Below, piece by piece: positions 61,749-64,000 of a stretch of 64,000 nucleotides of DNA (positions are counted from its first letter, which is position 1; the number at the start of each line of letters is the position of its first letter). The stretch is taken from contig NC_043010.1 in the NCBI RefSeq assembly GCF_006345805.1, positions 63,116,001-63,180,000 of the forward strand. The letters are read 5' to 3'. The notes below the pieces were generated by a model that saw only the letters and a program-made list of their open reading frames with translations, was not told the DNA's origin and searched no databases. Made by a program: the position numbers and the translations under genes. Source of the stretch: Octopus sinensis (lineage: Eukaryota).

Positions 61749-62659
61749 CATCATCATCATTTTCCATGCTGGCATGAATTGGACAGTTTGACTGGGGTCT
61801 GGGAAGCCAGGAGGCTGCACCAGGTCCCAATCTGATCTGGCAGTGTTTCTATAGTTGGATGCCCTTCCTAACGCCAACCACTCCGAGAGTGTAGTGGGTG
61901 CGTTTTACATGCCACCAGCACAGGGACCAGAGGAGCTGGTACCAACCACAATCGGATGGTGCTTTTTACATGCCACCGGCACGGAAGCCATTCAAGATGG
62001 CACTGGCATCGGCCACATTCAGATGGTGCTTTTTATGTGCCACCATATATCATCATCATCGTTTAATGTCTGCTTTCCATGCTAGCATGGGTTGGACGAT
62101 TTGACTGAGGACTAGCGAACCAGATGGCTGCGCCAGGCTCCAATCCCAATCTTGCACCTAGTGCAGCCATCTGGTTCGCCAGTCCTCAGTCAAATCGTCA
62201 TATATGTATATATATGTTATTGCTTTCAGACCGTTTTTCGAAATCAGTGACAGTGGTTACTGGGAAAAACATTAAATAAGTATTCGCAAACAGGTCTCTC
62301 CTCATCGAAAACCGGTGATTACTGTGCGTTGACAAGAGACAATAATCTCAAAACTGCAGTCCGTGCGTATCACTTAGGTTTACGAGAGGGGATGACTTCC
62401 CTTTGCAAATATCATAAGGGCACAGAAAGTGTGCCTAAAGCCAGCTGGAGACAATGATCTCCTGGCACTAAAAAGCTACAGTAACACCCACCCCTAGTGG
62501 TTAGCCATATTGAGATGGCTAGTATACTTTACGTTATATATATATTCATATACAGGAAGAGAGAGAGAGTGCATATGTGTTGAGAGAAAATCTGGGTACA
62601 AGACGACTATATATGGTAAATCTTGAGCATTACATCTGCTTCGTCTTAGAATGCCCAAG

Positions 62660-62885
62660 AGAGAATACTGTGCAGGTACCATCATGTCATGTAGATGGAT
62701 GAGGAGAGCTGTACAAACACATGCTGATCCCTAGAGTAGATAGAACTCGTAGAAAAGGAAGACCCAGGAATTCATGGGACAAAGTAGTAAAAGCTGATCT
62801 CAAGATGTTGAGCCCCATGGGGGCGGGGACGGCAAAGGCTGAAATGATTCACAATTCTCTGTGCTCAAGAAGACCAATCCATCAC
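62660..62885 (+). mobile_element. Decayed RTE LINE 3' fragment
   Basis: RTRRKGRPRNSWDKVVKADLKML (RTE GRP..W...V..D motif). Confidence 0.65.
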
Positions 62886-63297
62886 CGTGAAATTCAGGTC
62901 CTAAAAGTATTTATGTTGACGACTATATACTCGCAAAGCCTTAGCCCTGCTTCCAAACCATACCAAAGATGCCAAGGTCGACTGTCTCCTTTGACATGAG
63001 TTCTACAGCTGGATGCTCTTCCTGATGCCAACCACTTTACAAAGTGTACTGCATGCTTTTTATGTGGCATCAGCAGCAGTGAGGTCACCAGGGACTGTGC
63101 CAGACGAGACCCTTTCCTCAACTGAATAGTACTGAGGCAGATGGCTTTGTGCCAGGTGATGAAAGAAGTTATGGTATGAGAGGGGGAAGGAAATATATAT
63201 ATACATATACATACACACATATATATATATATAAATATACATAGACACACATATATATATATACATACATACACACACATATATATATATATATATA

Positions 63298-63430
63298 TCT
63301 TTCTGTCGAAGAGCGTAGGGTCGAAATGTAAAAGACTTTTTCTATTCCTGAGCGCTATACTAATACATTTGTTTGTTTGTACTCCACCTGCCTTTGTCTT
63401 TTGTTTATTTTCATAAACTTTCCCTTTATA
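63298..63430 (+). mobile_element. Penelope-like tail with a variant hammerhead core (CTGTCGA)
   Basis: tcttt-CTGTCGA-a-gagc-gtag-ggtc-GAAA-tgt-a-aaaga; the downstream sequence is colinear with 50711-50835. Confidence 0.55.
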
Positions 63431-63512
63431 TATACATATATTTCTAAGTTATTCTAAGTTATATAAATATACATATATATACATATATACACATATTTAT
63501 ATATACATATAT

Positions 63513-63897
63513 GTGGAGGCGCAATGGCCCAGTGGTTAGGGCAGCGGACTCGCGGTCATAGGATCGTGGTTTCGATTCCCAGACCGGGCATTGTGAGTGT
63601 TTATTGAGCGAAAACACCTAAAGCTCCACGAGGCTCCGGCAGGGGATGGTGGTGATCCCTGTTGTACTCTTTCACCACAACTTTCTCTCACTCTTACTTC
63701 CTGTTTCTGTTGTACCTGTATTTCAAAGGGCCGGCCTTGTCACTCTCTGTGTCATGCTGAATATCCCCGAGAACTACGTTAAGGGTACACGTGTCTGTGG
63801 AGTGCTCAGCCACTTACACGTTAATTTCACGAGCAGGCTGTTCCGTTGATTCGGATCAACCGGAATTCTCGTTGTCGTAACTGACGGAGTGCTTCCA
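63513..63897 (+). mobile_element. Full-length tRNA-headed SINE family D
   Basis: A box tggcccagtgg and B box ggtttcgattccc. The 3' part is shared with about 7770-7925, and a head fragment lies at 60175-60195 (-). Confidence 0.8.
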
Positions 63898-64000
63898 TCC
63901 ATACATATATACACATATATATATATATATATATACATTATATACATATATATATATATATACATTATATACATATATATATACATATATATATACTTAT

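Overview
AT-rich, microsatellite- and SINE-saturated animal genomic DNA. The repeat landscape and the single-exon tandem C2H2 gene fit an octopus/coleoid cephalopod; this is inferred from sequence style and is unverified. Only one protein-coding gene is well supported: a minus-strand C2H2 zinc-finger ORF (first in-frame ATG 31007, stop 28308, 899 aa) with 19 tandem fingers, a 4-finger higher-order repeat and a 22-Gln tract. The rest is mostly mobile-element debris: several tRNA-headed SINE families (family labels A-E are my own), 5'-truncated RTE LINE fragments, three internally deleted Tc1/mariner elements, hAT-, piggyBac- and Helentron-type non-autonomous elements and Penelope-like tails. 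There is also a U2 snRNA pseudogene fused to a SINE, plus mini- and microsatellites. The most interesting observations are: (1) five hammerhead-ribozyme-like cores, one nearly complete at 44603-44658 and one in the tail of a tRNA-headed SINE; (2) a perfect 66-bp palindrome capped by GCGAAAGC beside a CCAAT tandem repeat; (3) an Arg-free, periodic zinc-finger recognition code predicting an A-rich repetitive target; (4) a 14-bp minisatellite born inside a SINE; (5) repeated local templated duplications. All alignments, counts and folds were done by eye. Most ORFs in the supplied track are microsatellite or SINE artefacts.
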